The notes under the pieces are model-generated. The model worked only from the letters and a program-made list of their open reading frames with translations, was not told the DNA's origin and searched no databases. Of a stretch of DNA of 43,461 bases, positions 27,418-38,404 are shown piece after piece (within the stretch, counting starts at the first letter, position 1; each line of letters begins with the position of its first letter). Source of the DNA: a virus (Duplodnaviria > Caudoviricetes); the IMG/VR virus record IMGVR_UViG_3300048895_000041, positions 1 to 43,461 of that record; one strand, 5' to 3'. A program made the translations under genes and the position numbers.

Positions 27418-29933
27418 TGCGCGATGACTGCATTCGGGCGATCACCGAGGCTGCGGCTAAGGGCGGCAAGGTCCTGACTGCCAGCGATGTGCGCGGCGTC
27501 GAAGGTCGGGTGCGGCAGGCGATGCGCGACTTGGCACGGGAAGACATCGACCGCTGGAGAACGCTCTCTCCGAAGCAGCAGGTGGCAGAGGCGGGCGAAC
27601 GCGCGGCCAAGGATGTCATGGTGGAGAAGGCGCGCGACGCGGCCAATGTGGCGCGGCAGATCATCGCGCACGACCGCAATCAGACGTTCGTCGATGGCAT
27701 GGCAGCCAAGGGCATGCGTCGACTGGACGCCGTGCAGCACCTGCTGGCGAACTTTCTGACCGGCAAGGGCGGCTTCAAGACGCTGGAGGCGAGCATCGAA
27801 GGCGTCGTGCGATTGGCCAAGGCCAACATGGAGCCGATTGCGCGGGCGACCGAAAAATACCTGGGGTTCTGGACCGACAAGGGCATGATGCGCGACATCG
27901 TGCGCGAGTTGTACGGCGAGGACACCGGCAACGCCAAGGCGCGGCATGTGAGCAAACTGTGGACCGACACGGCCGACGGTCTGCGCACGCAGTTCAACGA
28001 ACTGGGCGGCAACATCCGCAAGCTCAAGGGTTGGGCAGCGCCGCAGGATCATGCGTCGTGGAAAGTGGCCAAGGCATCGGTCGACGAATGGATCAATGAC
28101 GTGCTGCCGCGCTTGGATCGCGGTCAGTACCTGAAGGAAGACGGCAGGCCGCTATCCGACACGGAAATGCGTGCCGTGCTCGGCGAGATTCGCAATACGA
28201 TTGCCACTGACGGCGCGTGGGACATGACCTCGTCGCCTGGCAGCAGTGCGATCCGCAATCGCGGACAGGAGCGCCGCGTGCTGCACTTCAAGGACGCCGA
28301 CAGTTATCTCGACTATCAGAGCAAGTACGGTGCTCGTTCATTGCTGGAAACGATGAACTCGCATGTCGAGTCGATGGGCAAGAACATCGGCGCGCTGCAG
28401 ACGCTGGGGCCGAACGCCGAGAGCGCCTTGCGTGGCCTGCTGGATGACGCGATGCGCCGGGATACGTCCGCCGGCATGGATACGCGTGATGCGAGCAAGG
28501 CGCGCGCGAAAGCCGAAATCATGTTCCAGTTGGCCTCCGGCAAGATGGGGCAGATGGGCGATCCGCGCACGGCGCATAAGTTTCAGGTCATGCGCAGTTG
28601 GCTGTCGGCTGCGCGCCTGGGCAGCGCAAGCCTGTCCGCATTGACCGACAGCAGCAACGGTGCGGCGGTGGCACACGCATGGAACATGAACGGTTTTGCG
28701 ACGTGGGCAAAGTGGGAATCAAAGGCGTGGACCTCGCCAGAATTCCGGCAATTCATGCGCTCTCAGGGCGTCGGCGTGGAGGCAATTACGCATGCGATTT
28801 CTCGTTACGGTGAGGAAGTCTTCGGCCACGGCTGGAGCAACAATCTGGCAAATACTGTCTTTCGTGTCAGCGGTCTTAACTTCGTCGATAACGTTCGGCG
28901 CGTGGCGACGGGTGCCATGCTATTCGATCGCATCGGTAGTCTGGCCCGGTCTTTCGAGACTCTGGATAAGGCGCACCCTGACGACGTTGCCCGTCTACGC
29001 GATGCGGGCATAAGCGACAAGCACTGGGAGGTGTGGCGGCAGGCGGCGCAGGAAGCGGGCGAGGACAATATGCTTATGCCGGCCGGTATAGCCCGTTTGG
29101 CCAATCGCAGCGAGGCCGTCAGACGAGAAGCCATGCAGGCCCTGGTCGGCGCCGTCAGCCGCGATGTCGACACCGTCGTGCCAATGCCGACGCTCAAGGC
29201 GCGCGCGAGCATCGAATATCAGGCGATCGGCAAGCGTGGCACGGTCGGTGGAGAAATCGCGCGCAGCATCCTGCAGTTCAAGTCCTTCCCGCTGGCCATG
29301 ATTTCAAATCACTGGCAGCGCCTGCAGTCGATGCCGACGCCGGGCGGGAAGTTCCTGTACGGAGCGGAACTGATCGCCACCAGCACGATTCTGGGCGCCC
29401 TGAGCGTGCAATTGAAGTCCATGGTGGCCGGTAACAACCCGCAGGACGTGCGCGATCCGAAATTCATTGGACGCGCGTTTGTGCAGGGGGGCGCCACGGG
29501 CCTGTACGGTGACCTGTTGCTGAACCTTGCGGTGAGTCCCTACAAGGACCACCTGACCGACCAGATGGGGCCGTTGACCGGCGCGATGGCGGACCTGTAC
29601 GACGTGGGCCGCAGCGCACTGGAATCGGCCAATCCGGAAAGCAAGGCGAACCTGGGCGGCAACGTGACGCGGTTCATCCGCGGCAATACGCCGGGAGCGA
29701 ACCTGTTCTGGGCGCGGGCGGCCTTGGATCATCTGCTCTTTCAGCGCCTGCAGGACTATTACTCGCCGGGCTACAGTCAACGCCTGTCGGACCGGCAGCA
29801 GAAGTTCTATGGCTCCGGTTCCTATTGGCCGCCATCGACCGCTGCCTCGCCAGCGCAACTGCTATCATCGCGCGGCATCACGACGCCGCAGGCGCCGAAC
29901 CTCGCAACCGCTGTCGGGAGTCGACAACAATGA
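27414..29933 (+). CDS. Large internal virion/ejection protein
   Basis: MRDDCI.AI, RVLHFKDADS.L.YQ.KYG, GEIARS.LQFKSFP, GG..GLYGD, PG.NLFW.RAA.DH. Confidence 0.8.
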   Translation: MMRDDCIRAITEAAAKGGKVLTASDVRGVEGRVRQAMRDLAREDIDRWRTLSPKQQVAEAGERAAKDVMVEKARDAANVARQIIAHDRNQTFVDGMAAKGMRRLDAVQHLLANFLTGKGGFKTLEASIEGVVRLAKANMEPIARATEKYLGFWTDKGMMRDIVRELYGEDTGNAKARHVSKLWTDTADGLRTQFNELGGNIRKLKGWAAPQDHASWKVAKASVDEWINDVLPRLDRGQYLKEDGRPLSDTEMRAVLGEIRNTIATDGAWDMTSSPGSSAIRNRGQERRVLHFKDADSYLDYQSKYGARSLLETMNSHVESMGKNIGALQTLGPNAESALRGLLDDAMRRDTSAGMDTRDASKARAKAEIMFQLASGKMGQMGDPRTAHKFQVMRSWLSAARLGSASLSALTDSSNGAAVAHAWNMNGFATWAKWESKAWTSPEFRQFMRSQGVGVEAITHAISRYGEEVFGHGWSNNLANTVFRVSGLNFVDNVRRVATGAMLFDRIGSLARSFETLDKAHPDDVARLRDAGISDKHWEVWRQAAQEAGEDNMLMPAGIARLANRSEAVRREAMQALVGAVSRDVDTVVPMPTLKARASIEYQAIGKRGTVGGEIARSILQFKSFPLAMISNHWQRLQSMPTPGGKFLYGAELIATSTILGALSVQLKSMVAGNNPQDVRDPKFIGRAFVQGGATGLYGDLLLNLAVSPYKDHLTDQMGPLTGAMADLYDVGRSALESANPESKANLGGNVTRFIRGNTPGANLFWARAALDHLLFQRLQDYYSPGYSQRLSDRQQKFYGSGSYWPPSTAASPAQLLSSRGITTPQAPNLATAVGSRQQ

Positions 29934-32900
29934 CGATTCAAACCTCGTACACCCCGATCAGCTACGCGGGCGACAACGTCACCAACAGCTTCGCCATTGT
30001 TTGGCAATATCAACTTGCCAGTCAGATCGTGGCCAGCACGGAAGTGATTGCGACGGGCGTTGTCACCGACTTGGTCTACGGCACGGACTTTTCCGTCAGC
30101 CCTTTGGTCAATTCGCCGGCAGCCACGGGCACGTTGGTCCTGCTGAACGGCGCGCTGCCGAGCGGCACGGAGATTACGATTACGCGCAACACGGCGCTCG
30201 TGCAGGACACGTCGTGGATCAACAATTCTGTCAACCCGGCCTCTGCTTTCGAGAACGCGGTCGACTGGTTGACGATGATCGACCAGGAAATTCTGCAAGG
30301 CGGCGGAACATTGCCCGACAGCGCGCTGGGTCAGGGCACGTCGACGACCGATACATTCTTGCGCGGTGGTAGTCCGCGCGCATGGTCGAACACGCTGATA
30401 GGGCCGTCAGGCCCCTTCACTCTGCCGGCCGATACCACGGCCCTGCTGGTTGCGGGACAGGCCGCCAGTGCGTCGATCAAGGTGGTCGGCGGCGCGGCAT
30501 CGCAGTCAGCCTTCAGTTTCGGCGTCGATGGCAGTGTCAATCCGTGGGATGCGCGGTGGGTGTATGACCCGACGCTTCCGGCAATTGGCTGGCAATTCTT
30601 CGGCGGACCATTGCTCGGCACATTCACGTCTGCGGGCCTGGATGTAACGGGCACGGTCAATGCGGGCCTCTTCACCGGCCATGCTGATGCGTCACTGATC
30701 GACAGCGGCACGATTGCGCTGGCACGGCTTGGCACGAATTCACCCGGCGCCAACACGGCACTCTTCGGCGACAACACTTGGAAGGTGATATCGGGGGGCG
30801 GTGGCGGCATCAACACGACCACGACCGGCACGTTCACGATGCACGATGTGGCCCTCTCGCAGACCGTTCCGGTCACGGCCACGACCGGCATCAACGTCGG
30901 CACGTACCTTTTGATCAGCGACGGCACGCATACGCTGATCGGGCATGTGACGAACATCGCCAGCCTGAACCTCACGGTTGTTACTGATTCGATCCCCCTT
31001 GGAGCGGCTGGTAACACGATGGCCAGTGGCGCTGCCGTGCAAAGTTCCGGCGTGCCAGGCCAGAACATCATCCAGATCGAAGACGGCCTGATTCCATCGA
31101 CGGCGATGTCCACGTTGACGTTGACCGGTAGCTCTGCCGCTGCAGAATCCGGCATCGTGCCGATGTACATTTTCGCCAGCTCCGGTGGCAACGTCACGGT
31201 CAAGGGTTACATCGGCACCAACACGCTCGCAGCCACGGCTATCAATGCCAACCCAGGCGTTGGCGCAGGCGTCGTGGGGGTGGCGAGCAATGTCGCTGCT
31301 TCCGGCAGCCAGATATCGCCGACGGCAGTTGGTCAAGTGCTGTTGTGCAATTCTTTCTCTGGCATCCCGCACGGGATTACGTGGGGCCTGGTCGGACCGA
31401 CCAACATCACCACGGCGTCGCTAACACCTGCCCTGCTGAACTCGACCAACTCGTTGACCAATGGGTACGTGCCGAGCTACGACAGCGGCACGGGAAACTT
31501 CACCTGGGTTGCCAACGGCGGCAGCATCCCCGGCGGAGGCGATGCCGGCAAGTTCTTCCGTGGCGATAATACGTTCAGCCAGATACTCGACATTTCCCTA
31601 GACAGTAATCCTGCCGGGTTTCTGCTGGCGCAAGGAACGGCTAACGGCAACTTTGGCACGACATTTGGCGTTGCCGCGGATGGCTCGCAAGCCTTCTGGT
31701 CGATGCAGAAAAAGGCCACTGGAACGTGGGGTGGCCCGACGGGCGTATGGACAAATTATGTCATCGGTAGTGGCGACTTGATGACGTTGTCGCTGCAGAC
31801 GACATGGCCAGGTATCGACAGCACGCCGGGCATTGAGCAATTGCGTGTCCCGCAGATGGTCAGCGTTGGTTACGGCGTGCGCAGTATCTACGGACCACTG
31901 TGGAAAATCTATCAATACGACGGCCCCGCAACTTCCATTACGATCGACTTGGCCAATGGCGCGTATCAGCGCCTGACCAACTTCGTCAACAATGTGTCGA
32001 TTACGATGGCGGACACAACGCCGGTTCCGTCGCTGATGGCGAATGCTTATGCCAGCGAGCTGACGTTGGAAATCAGCCGTATTCAGTCCACGTTTTCCGT
32101 GGACATTACATGGCCCGGTACGATTACCTGGATCAATGGGGGCGTGGCGCCGACCGTGGCCAATGGCGGGTTGACTGCTACCGGGTTCAACATCATCCGT
32201 CTGGTACGTGTGCAGAATACCGGCATCGCCAATGGTGGCGGCGCGCGCTGGTTCGGGTTCGTGGAGAATGCGACTGGCACAACGTACACCGACGCGCAGG
32301 CGCGCTCGGCGGTGCTAAGTTCGACGTACCTGATCAACAGCGCCACGATTGCCATGAATGTTGTGGCCGGAACGAGCACGACGCCGGCCATCATCAACTC
32401 GTCGATCACCAACACGCACATTTCTTCCAGCGCCAACATCGCTGCCAGCAAGCTGGCCGGGTATCCTGGCAACTCCAGCCTGTTCCTCAACGGCACGGGA
32501 GGATGGACTGTCCCTCCTGGTGGCGGCGGAGGCGGAGGCCCAACGCTGGCGGGCAACAACAACTGGAGTGGCGTCAACAATTTTGCCAATACCGGCTCGT
32601 TCAGCGGCAAGCAGACGTTCAATGGTCCGCAGGTTTTCACCAGCAGCGGGTTCAATTCTCCGGTAGGCAGCCTCGCGGTCGGGCAGGCATCGTTCAACAA
32701 CTCCTATCCGAACGACAACCTGAACCCCGAGTTCGCGGCCACTGCGCGCTTCACGATGACGAACAGTTACCTGGGCGGCTCGACGCAGGAAATCCTGGGG
32801 CTGTCGGTGACGCAGACGAACAATTCCGTCACGGGCGGTGAAGGCCAGGGCTGCGTGAAGTTCTACAACGAGATGTTGCAGAACATCACCAGCGGCTTTT

Positions 32901-33634
32901 CGATTGCGATGCAGGAGGTTGCCAGCTTCCGCCAGGTCAACGGCGGCATTGCCGACGGCGTGTGGCTCAATGCCTGGAGTCCGTGCGCGGAATTCGCCGC
33001 AACACCGGATGCGACCGGTGTCATCCACAGTTTTGGCTCCGGCGCCGTACGCATCGGCGAGGTCAACTATGGCAATGCCTGGGCCGACCTGGGATTCATC
33101 GACGACCGCGGTATTTCCAAGTTCGTTGCCGGCCTTGAGTTCTTCCCTGATTGGCTGCCAGGATCGACTGGCGCCACAACCTTCACCAAGTTCAATGCGT
33201 CATGGGCCATTGCTATCGGTGGAGCGGGCGCCAGAGCAGGCAGCGGTGATCCTGACCCAAAGAACTGGACCGGCATCCTTTTCTCGGAGAACGGCATTGC
33301 ACCGCTGGGTGTTGCGATCAACATGCACGGCGGAAGCAGCAGCGGCAATGCTCCGGCGGTGGGCATCAACTTCCAGAACCACCTGAAGACCGGTATCAAC
33401 TTCGCCGGCAGCGCGGGCGGCGCGCCGATCGGGACCGGCGGGGGAACTGCGGCGACGATCGACCCGGAGACGATATCCGGGCACAGCAATCAGCCGGCCA
33501 TCATCTTGGCGCAGGGTCAGGCCATCTGCTTCTCCCCGCCGACGACGGCCAACACGGGCGTGTACATCGTTTACGACGGCACGCACCTGAAAGCCACGAT
33601 CAACGGCGGGAACACGTTCACGAACATCATCTGA
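29930..33634 (+). CDS. Tail fibre 1 (T7 gp17-like N-terminal anchor, long mosaic body)
   Basis: YAGDNVT.SF...Y, DFSV, ITITRNT.LVQ, FE.A.D.LTMI.Q anchor; Gly/Thr-rich; recurring FxRGDNTW-like motifs. Confidence 0.85.
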   Translation: MTIQTSYTPISYAGDNVTNSFAIVWQYQLASQIVASTEVIATGVVTDLVYGTDFSVSPLVNSPAATGTLVLLNGALPSGTEITITRNTALVQDTSWINNSVNPASAFENAVDWLTMIDQEILQGGGTLPDSALGQGTSTTDTFLRGGSPRAWSNTLIGPSGPFTLPADTTALLVAGQAASASIKVVGGAASQSAFSFGVDGSVNPWDARWVYDPTLPAIGWQFFGGPLLGTFTSAGLDVTGTVNAGLFTGHADASLIDSGTIALARLGTNSPGANTALFGDNTWKVISGGGGGINTTTTGTFTMHDVALSQTVPVTATTGINVGTYLLISDGTHTLIGHVTNIASLNLTVVTDSIPLGAAGNTMASGAAVQSSGVPGQNIIQIEDGLIPSTAMSTLTLTGSSAAAESGIVPMYIFASSGGNVTVKGYIGTNTLAATAINANPGVGAGVVGVASNVAASGSQISPTAVGQVLLCNSFSGIPHGITWGLVGPTNITTASLTPALLNSTNSLTNGYVPSYDSGTGNFTWVANGGSIPGGGDAGKFFRGDNTFSQILDISLDSNPAGFLLAQGTANGNFGTTFGVAADGSQAFWSMQKKATGTWGGPTGVWTNYVIGSGDLMTLSLQTTWPGIDSTPGIEQLRVPQMVSVGYGVRSIYGPLWKIYQYDGPATSITIDLANGAYQRLTNFVNNVSITMADTTPVPSLMANAYASELTLEISRIQSTFSVDITWPGTITWINGGVAPTVANGGLTATGFNIIRLVRVQNTGIANGGGARWFGFVENATGTTYTDAQARSAVLSSTYLINSATIAMNVVAGTSTTPAIINSSITNTHISSSANIAASKLAGYPGNSSLFLNGTGGWTVPPGGGGGGGPTLAGNNNWSGVNNFANTGSFSGKQTFNGPQVFTSSGFNSPVGSLAVGQASFNNSYPNDNLNPEFAATARFTMTNSYLGGSTQEILGLSVTQTNNSVTGGEGQGCVKFYNEMLQNITSGFSIAMQEVASFRQVNGGIADGVWLNAWSPCAEFAATPDATGVIHSFGSGAVRIGEVNYGNAWADLGFIDDRGISKFVAGLEFFPDWLPGSTGATTFTKFNASWAIAIGGAGARAGSGDPDPKNWTGILFSENGIAPLGVAINMHGGSSSGNAPAVGINFQNHLKTGINFAGSAGGAPIGTGGGTAATIDPETISGHSNQPAIILAQGQAICFSPPTTANTGVYIVYDGTHLKATINGGNTFTNII

Positions 33635-33635
33635 C

Positions 33636-35153
33636 ATGCCTATCGGCAAGACCACGGCACCCTACGGCGTCGAGCAGCCCTATGGCTTGAGCGATCTGAC
33701 GCCCGTTCCGAAAATAGGCGGGAACGGAACTGGAGGCAGTGGCGCCACTGGTCCGGCTGGGCCTACAGGTCCCGCGGGACCGACTGGCGCCACTGGCGCT
33801 ACGGGTCCTGCCGGCGCCACTGGTGCAACAGGAGCGACTGGCCCAACTGGCCCAACTGGAGCGACGGGCGCGACAGGGGCAGCAGGGCCAACGGGCGCGA
33901 CAGGCGCCGTTGGTGCAACAGGCCCTACTGGACCCACGGGGCCTACTGGTCCGACCGGAGCTACCGGCGCCACAGGCCCGACCAATCGTTATCTCGGCAC
34001 GGCATCCGGCACGAACACGTACACGGTCACGACGACACCTGCGCCGAGTGCGTACACGACGGGCGACATTTACTACATCGTTTTCACCAACGGCAACACC
34101 AGTACAGCGACGTTGAACAACAACTCGCTTGGAGCTAAGGCAATCCAGTTTCAGCAGGTGGCATTGGGAGCAGGAACTATCCCAGCTAACGGCATGCTGA
34201 TCCTGAAATATGACGGCACACAGTTCCAGATCGAAGGCACGGCGATACCGGATGCTTCAGTTGCGCTGACCAAGTTGGCAACGCAGGCCAACGGAACGAT
34301 TCTGGCAAATTTCAGTGGTGGCGTGGCATCGCCAACAGCGAGCACTCCGGATGCCGACTTGATCCAGCGCACCTACTACGCCAGCAGCACGTCCGGCACA
34401 TCGACCTACACCGCAACGCTGGCTCCAGTCCCGACCGCCTACGTAACCGGCGCTCAGTACGTGTTCACGGCGTCAAACACGAACACCGGCGCGAGCACGA
34501 TGAACTTTAACTCGCTCGGCGCGAAGACTTTGCAGTTGAACGGCGCGGCTCTGTCGGCCAATCAGCTAATAGCGGGGGCCACTTACCAATCGGTTTACGA
34601 CGGCACGAATCTGCAAATCACCGCATCGAGCTATGCCGTTGGGACCGGCATGGTACGAATAGCCCAGGTCGTCACCTCCAGTTCCGCCACGACGATCACC
34701 TTCAGCAGCATTCCAGGAACGTTTGAAAATCTCGTCCTGAAGTTTTACGGGCGCGCAACAGGTGCGACGGGCGTCGTTCAAGTTCACATGAAGTTGAACA
34801 GCGATGGCAGTATAGGAAATTACCCGAACGCTCAGCAAATAGTAGGCAATGGAGCATCCGCAGTCGCCGGGTCAAATGCCGCCACTGCCGATGGCGGCAC
34901 GGTATTCCCAATCAGCGGGACTTCTGGGGCTACCAACCCGCTTACTGTGGCAACCCTTGATGTCAACGGCTACGCCAGAACTGCGTTCAACCACATGGTC
35001 CTGTCGCAATTTTACGCTACGTCCAGTTCCAACGTTGGTGGATTCGAGTCGTTTCTGTGGGCGAGCACGGCGGCAATCACGCAGATCGACATCAAGATTG
35101 CGTCAGGGTCGTTTGCCAATGGGACCGTGTGCACGCTGTACGGCGAGAGTTGA
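33636..35153 (+). CDS. Tail fibre 2 with collagen-like repeat, duplicated module and C-terminal beta-sandwich tip
   Basis: 27 Gly-X-Y triplets; two copies of GT.TYT.T..P.P.AY.TG...NT...T.N.NSLGAK; C-terminal AITQI.I....F.NG....LYG. Confidence 0.85.
   Translation: MPIGKTTAPYGVEQPYGLSDLTPVPKIGGNGTGGSGATGPAGPTGPAGPTGATGATGPAGATGATGATGPTGPTGATGATGAAGPTGATGAVGATGPTGPTGPTGPTGATGATGPTNRYLGTASGTNTYTVTTTPAPSAYTTGDIYYIVFTNGNTSTATLNNNSLGAKAIQFQQVALGAGTIPANGMLILKYDGTQFQIEGTAIPDASVALTKLATQANGTILANFSGGVASPTASTPDADLIQRTYYASSTSGTSTYTATLAPVPTAYVTGAQYVFTASNTNTGASTMNFNSLGAKTLQLNGAALSANQLIAGATYQSVYDGTNLQITASSYAVGTGMVRIAQVVTSSSATTITFSSIPGTFENLVLKFYGRATGATGVVQVHMKLNSDGSIGNYPNAQQIVGNGASAVAGSNAATADGGTVFPISGTSGATNPLTVATLDVNGYARTAFNHMVLSQFYATSSSNVGGFESFLWASTAAITQIDIKIASGSFANGTVCTLYGES
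33741..33983 (+). repeat. Collagen-like (GAT/GPT/GPA)27 coding repeat
   Basis: Degenerate 9-bp period repeat. Confidence 0.9.
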
Positions 35154-35155
35154 GT

Positions 35156-35350
35156 TCATGACTCGGCATAGAGTGTGCAAACCGCGCCATCCAAGAATTT
35201 CCAGTCTGGATTGGTCAGGTTGATGGATAGAAGCAGTCCATCATTACTATAAGTTGCTGTATATTTTGTAGCGCCGAAAATTTTGCAAAGCGGCGTTCCG
35301 AAAATTTCAGCACATTCTTCAATTGGAATTTCTACGGTTTTAATACTCAC
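35156..35350 (-). CDS. 64-aa protein whose C-terminus resembles the tail fibre 2 C-terminus
   Basis: GTGA overlap start with AGGTG RBS; ends FLDGAVCTLYAES versus fibre [13 protein letters not shown]; AT-rich. Confidence 0.65.
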   Translation of the reverse strand: MSIKTVEIPIEECAEIFGTPLCKIFGATKYTATYSNDGLLLSINLTNPDWKFLDGAVCTLYAES

Positions 35351-36132
35351 TTCGTCACCTGCTGCCTTTCTTGTGCGATGGCGGCTGCATACAGTTTTGT
35401 CCCTGGCGGTATCTGGCATGGGCCTCCTTGCAGCCAAATCACCTCTGCGCAATCGCCGATAATTGCCACTTGGCGTTTCCCATCAGATTGCGATGTTGGA
35501 CGATCTGATGTGGTAATCGAAGATTTTTCCACATCATTAACATCATTGGCATTCTTGCCTTGCGCCTGCAATGCAGCGAGTTGGTCGCGGAGTTGGTCGT
35601 TCTCTCGGCATACCTCTTGCCATTCCTCCTCCTGTTTTACTGCCTCACTCCGCAGCCGTGCGAGTTCGCCTTGTAGCTGAGCACATTGCCTTCGCAATAG
35701 AAGTGTAATCTCGAATACATGCGCAGCAGAATAAAGCGGCATAGACGAATAGCCATCCTCTGTTTCGTAGCTATCTATCACGTCGTGTTCACCACCAACG
35801 CAATCTTCCGCCCAGTCCGGCTTGCCGTGCAGCATGCGCAGGTAGCAAATTGGCTTTGGTTCGCAATCCGCCACCGGCTCGCCAATCGCGCCTACCTGCG
35901 CATCAGGGCTGTTGCGGCTGGCGTCTATTACCTTCCACAGGCCGATGACGTGATGGGCAAATCCTTGGTAACGAGTGCGATATGCCGGAATCTCGGAACG
36001 CGACAAATCATCCAGATGCGCCACAAGAGTTTTGGATTCCTCGCGTAACAATGTCAGTGCCTCTGCCGACAGCGCAGCATCCGTGCGACTGCCCTCGGGA
36101 TGTAACTGCCTGCGTGAGATGGGCGGGGTCAT
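35347..36132 (-). CDS. Mosaic Ead/Ea22-like hypothetical protein
   Basis: EPVA, MPLYSA, coiled coil, PPGTKLYAA modules. Confidence 0.7.
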   Translation of the reverse strand: MTPPISRRQLHPEGSRTDAALSAEALTLLREESKTLVAHLDDLSRSEIPAYRTRYQGFAHHVIGLWKVIDASRNSPDAQVGAIGEPVADCEPKPICYLRMLHGKPDWAEDCVGGEHDVIDSYETEDGYSSMPLYSAAHVFEITLLLRRQCAQLQGELARLRSEAVKQEEEWQEVCRENDQLRDQLAALQAQGKNANDVNDVEKSSITTSDRPTSQSDGKRQVAIIGDCAEVIWLQGGPCQIPPGTKLYAAAIAQERQQVTK

Positions 36133-36437
36133 GACCTGTTCCTTTTTTTATCGCCAATGGCGATTCGTTTTTCAAATTTCATAAAGTCACTGCTTGCCAT
36201 TGCTTCACAGCATTTTTGGCACCATGCGAAACGCATGAAATCACCATCATAGATCTCTACTCTTCGGCGCACTCTCGTTCCGATTTTGGCCATTTGAGCG
36301 CATGTGTGGCATTCACATTCCTTTCGTAACTTAACGATGCGATCAGATAAAATAGAGTCTTTTGCACCACAGCCCCCATAATCGCCATCAAATGGATTGA
36401 CAGACAGGCAACGACTTTCCCATTCACTGCTTGTCAC
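36129..36437 (-). CDS. Zinc-finger hypothetical protein
   Basis: RKECECHTC...YDGDF....WCQKC. Confidence 0.7.
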   Translation of the reverse strand: MTSSEWESRCLSVNPFDGDYGGCGAKDSILSDRIVKLRKECECHTCAQMAKIGTRVRRRVEIYDGDFMRFAWCQKCCEAMASSDFMKFEKRIAIGDKKRNRS

Positions 36438-36793
36438 TTCACTTCCCCTTGTTCGTCTGAGACGGCTGGACTGGTGGAGACAGCGCAATTGCGCGGTGTT
36501 GCATCAGCCAATTCTTTGCGAAACGCTTCCCATGCGTCGCGCTGGTCTGGATTATCGCTATCTCGCCATTTGTCACCACCGAGCCATCCATGCGCTCGAA
36601 TAATTAGCTTCTCCAGCGCCGCGATGCGTTCGGACTGTGCGGCGATGGTCTCATCCTTCGTCGTATCAGACGACAGTGACATATTGGCGTAGTTGTTGTG
36701 GACGCGCTCAATCTGCGCGCTGAGGCGATCGCGTTCGGCCTCCAATTCTTCAACACGCCGACGCAATCTGTGGATTTCATCAATGAAGCTCAT
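36434..36793 (-). CDS. Coiled-coil hypothetical protein
   Basis: ATGA/GTGA overlaps; heptad pattern. Confidence 0.7.
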   Translation of the reverse strand: MSFIDEIHRLRRRVEELEAERDRLSAQIERVHNNYANMSLSSDTTKDETIAAQSERIAALEKLIIRAHGWLGGDKWRDSDNPDQRDAWEAFRKELADATPRNCAVSTSPAVSDEQGEVK

Positions 36794-37086
36794 TTGGTTT
36801 CACTCTCGATAGCAGCGAGTCGTTCACGCAATCTGTCGCGCTCAATCTCAAGCCCGGCAGCACGTTCCGCTAAATCCTTGCACTCTGCATACTTCTGCGT
36901 AAGCCGCTCCACCTCGGCACTGAGTTCGCGCACCCATTTTTCAACGTCAATAAGTTCCCTAGCTGTTACGTGATTTTCTTTTTCCTGCTCACGGCTGGTG
37001 TGCGCGATTGGCAGATCAAGTGCGCTACCGGCTTTTTGTATAATCGCCAGCGTTTGTTCCACTTTTGAGCGGGAGGGGAGGGTCAT
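36790..37086 (-). CDS. Coiled-coil hypothetical protein
   Basis: AEVERL, ERDRLRERL; coupled starts. Confidence 0.65.
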   Translation of the reverse strand: MTLPSRSKVEQTLAIIQKAGSALDLPIAHTSREQEKENHVTARELIDVEKWVRELSAEVERLTQKYAECKDLAERAAGLEIERDRLRERLAAIESETK

Positions 37087-37307
37087 GGGCGTGCCTCAAA
37101 AAATGTTTCGAGTATCCAAATATGGAATTTGTTCTTTGCCCGTACAAGTCGCCACCCTTCTGCCTGTGCTTCCCGCGAAGGATAGAATATGCCGGTATTG
37201 CAGTGAAGCACGGCATGCCTATCATGGAAGACAGCACACGCCTGATCGTGAATAGCTGCTGGGCCGTGAAACTCAATGGTTGGAACATGCACGGTGTCAG
37301 TCTTCAT
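37083..37307 (-). CDS. Hypothetical protein
   Basis: GGAG RBS before ATG 37307. Confidence 0.6.
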   Translation of the reverse strand: MKTDTVHVPTIEFHGPAAIHDQACAVFHDRHAVLHCNTGIFYPSREAQAEGWRLVRAKNKFHIWILETFFEARP

Positions 37308-37586
37308 GGGGTGGCTCCGGTAGTGCGTCAACGAAGGCATCTATCTTGTCTGGCCTGATCGGCGTAATACGCTCGTGATCCAACGTGACCGGCAGCAATC
37401 GAATCTTTCGCCAACGTTTCGCATCTCTCGCATCAGCGGCTTGTTCGTCGCCTTCCTGTCGGCTTGATGCCGTGAGTTCGGCGGCTTTCAGCAGTATGGG
37501 GTTTTTTCCCACTTTGCTATTTGCGCAAACCACTCAATCGCACGCAGCAGCGCGGGCACGCTGTAGGACTCAGGGGATTGGGTCAT
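37297..37586 (-). pseudogene. Gene apparently split by a frameshift at an A6 run (Ead/Ea22-like DAKRWR motif)
   Basis: Coupled ATG 37586 stops after 32 codons; the -1 frame continues to 37297. Confidence 0.35.
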
Positions 37587-37972
37587 GGCTTATTCCAAGG
37601 TCTGCTGCGGTGGATTTGATCAACGGTCGGCCAAGAATCCGGGCCGGTGAATCGCACGGCGCGATCATCGAGGTAGATGAGCGCCGGTGGTTTTGTTTTG
37701 GCGAACTTCACATCGTGGAGAATACACGCGCCAAATGGTTCGCCGCAGTTACACTCTGACTGCGTCGTTAGCCACCGACGCATAGCCCTGCGTCCACGCC
37801 ATGTCTTACAACGTGTGGAGAAGATAACAACCTCGAACTTCTCCAGCATTGCCAGCAGCCATTCGATTGCGCCTTCGACCGGAGGATCGGGAATCGTGTG
37901 CGCGTTGATCCACGGCGATGTGTAGCTATGCAGAACGCCGTCGAAATCGACGCAAACTGTATACTTGTTCAT
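37583..37972 (-). CDS. HAD-superfamily hydrolase/phosphatase
   Basis: VDFDGVLHSY motif I, FSTR motif II, KP..LIYLDDRA motifs III/IV. Confidence 0.88.
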   Translation of the reverse strand: MNKYTVCVDFDGVLHSYTSPWINAHTIPDPPVEGAIEWLLAMLEKFEVVIFSTRCKTWRGRRAMRRWLTTQSECNCGEPFGACILHDVKFAKTKPPALIYLDDRAVRFTGPDSWPTVDQIHRSRPWNKP

Positions 37973-38202
37973 AGCGATTCCTCGATACCGAAGTCGGTGC
38001 GGAGGATTTCTGCGGTGCGCTCTTTCAGTGATTTCAAAAGCGGCTGCGTGTTCTCCGCGATGTATAAATCAATCGCCTTCACCAGCGCATGCGCGACTGC
38101 GGCGTCGTGCGAAAGTCCGTGCAAGTCACGGAACCATTCATAGCGCATTGCCATTTTCGGATCATCGCCAAGCGAAGTTTTCAGCTTAATCACGGTCTGC
38201 AC
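37969..38202 (-). CDS. Hypothetical protein
   Basis: AAGGAG near start; stop overlaps the HAD start. Confidence 0.6.
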   Translation of the reverse strand: MQTVIKLKTSLGDDPKMAMRYEWFRDLHGLSHDAAVAHALVKAIDLYIAENTQPLLKSLKERTAEILRTDFGIEESL

Positions 38203-38404
38203 TCCTTGGGCTCACCTTCTCGTACAGCGCCTTGACTGCCTCGCTCGGCGTATCCCCCTCCGCGCAGATGTTCTGCAGGAAGGGAGGAATGCCAGCCTGC
38301 GGATTGGGGCAGCTTGCGCGCCACCGCACATTGAACTTGTTGAGGCTGGGTTCGACGAACACACAGCCGCAGATGGCGAAGATTTCGAGGTTGTTATCGG
38401 TCAT
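38186..38404 (-). CDS. Hypothetical protein with HicB-N-like AEGDTPSEAV motif
   Basis: W.A.CP......AEGDTPSEAVKAL. Confidence 0.55.
   Translation of the reverse strand: MTDNNLEIFAICGCVFVEPSLNKFNVRWRASCPNPQAGIPPFLQNICAEGDTPSEAVKALYEKVSPRSADRD

Noticed and set aside
33741-33983. CRISPR-like or regulatory tandem repeat
   Set aside because: Explained by collagen Gly-X-Y coding
33636-35350. Diversity-generating retroelement or invertase shufflon at the tail fibre, as in BPP-1 or Mu
   Set aside because: No reverse transcriptase or recombinase; differences between the two C-termini are not adenine-specific; no long near-identical TR/VR pair
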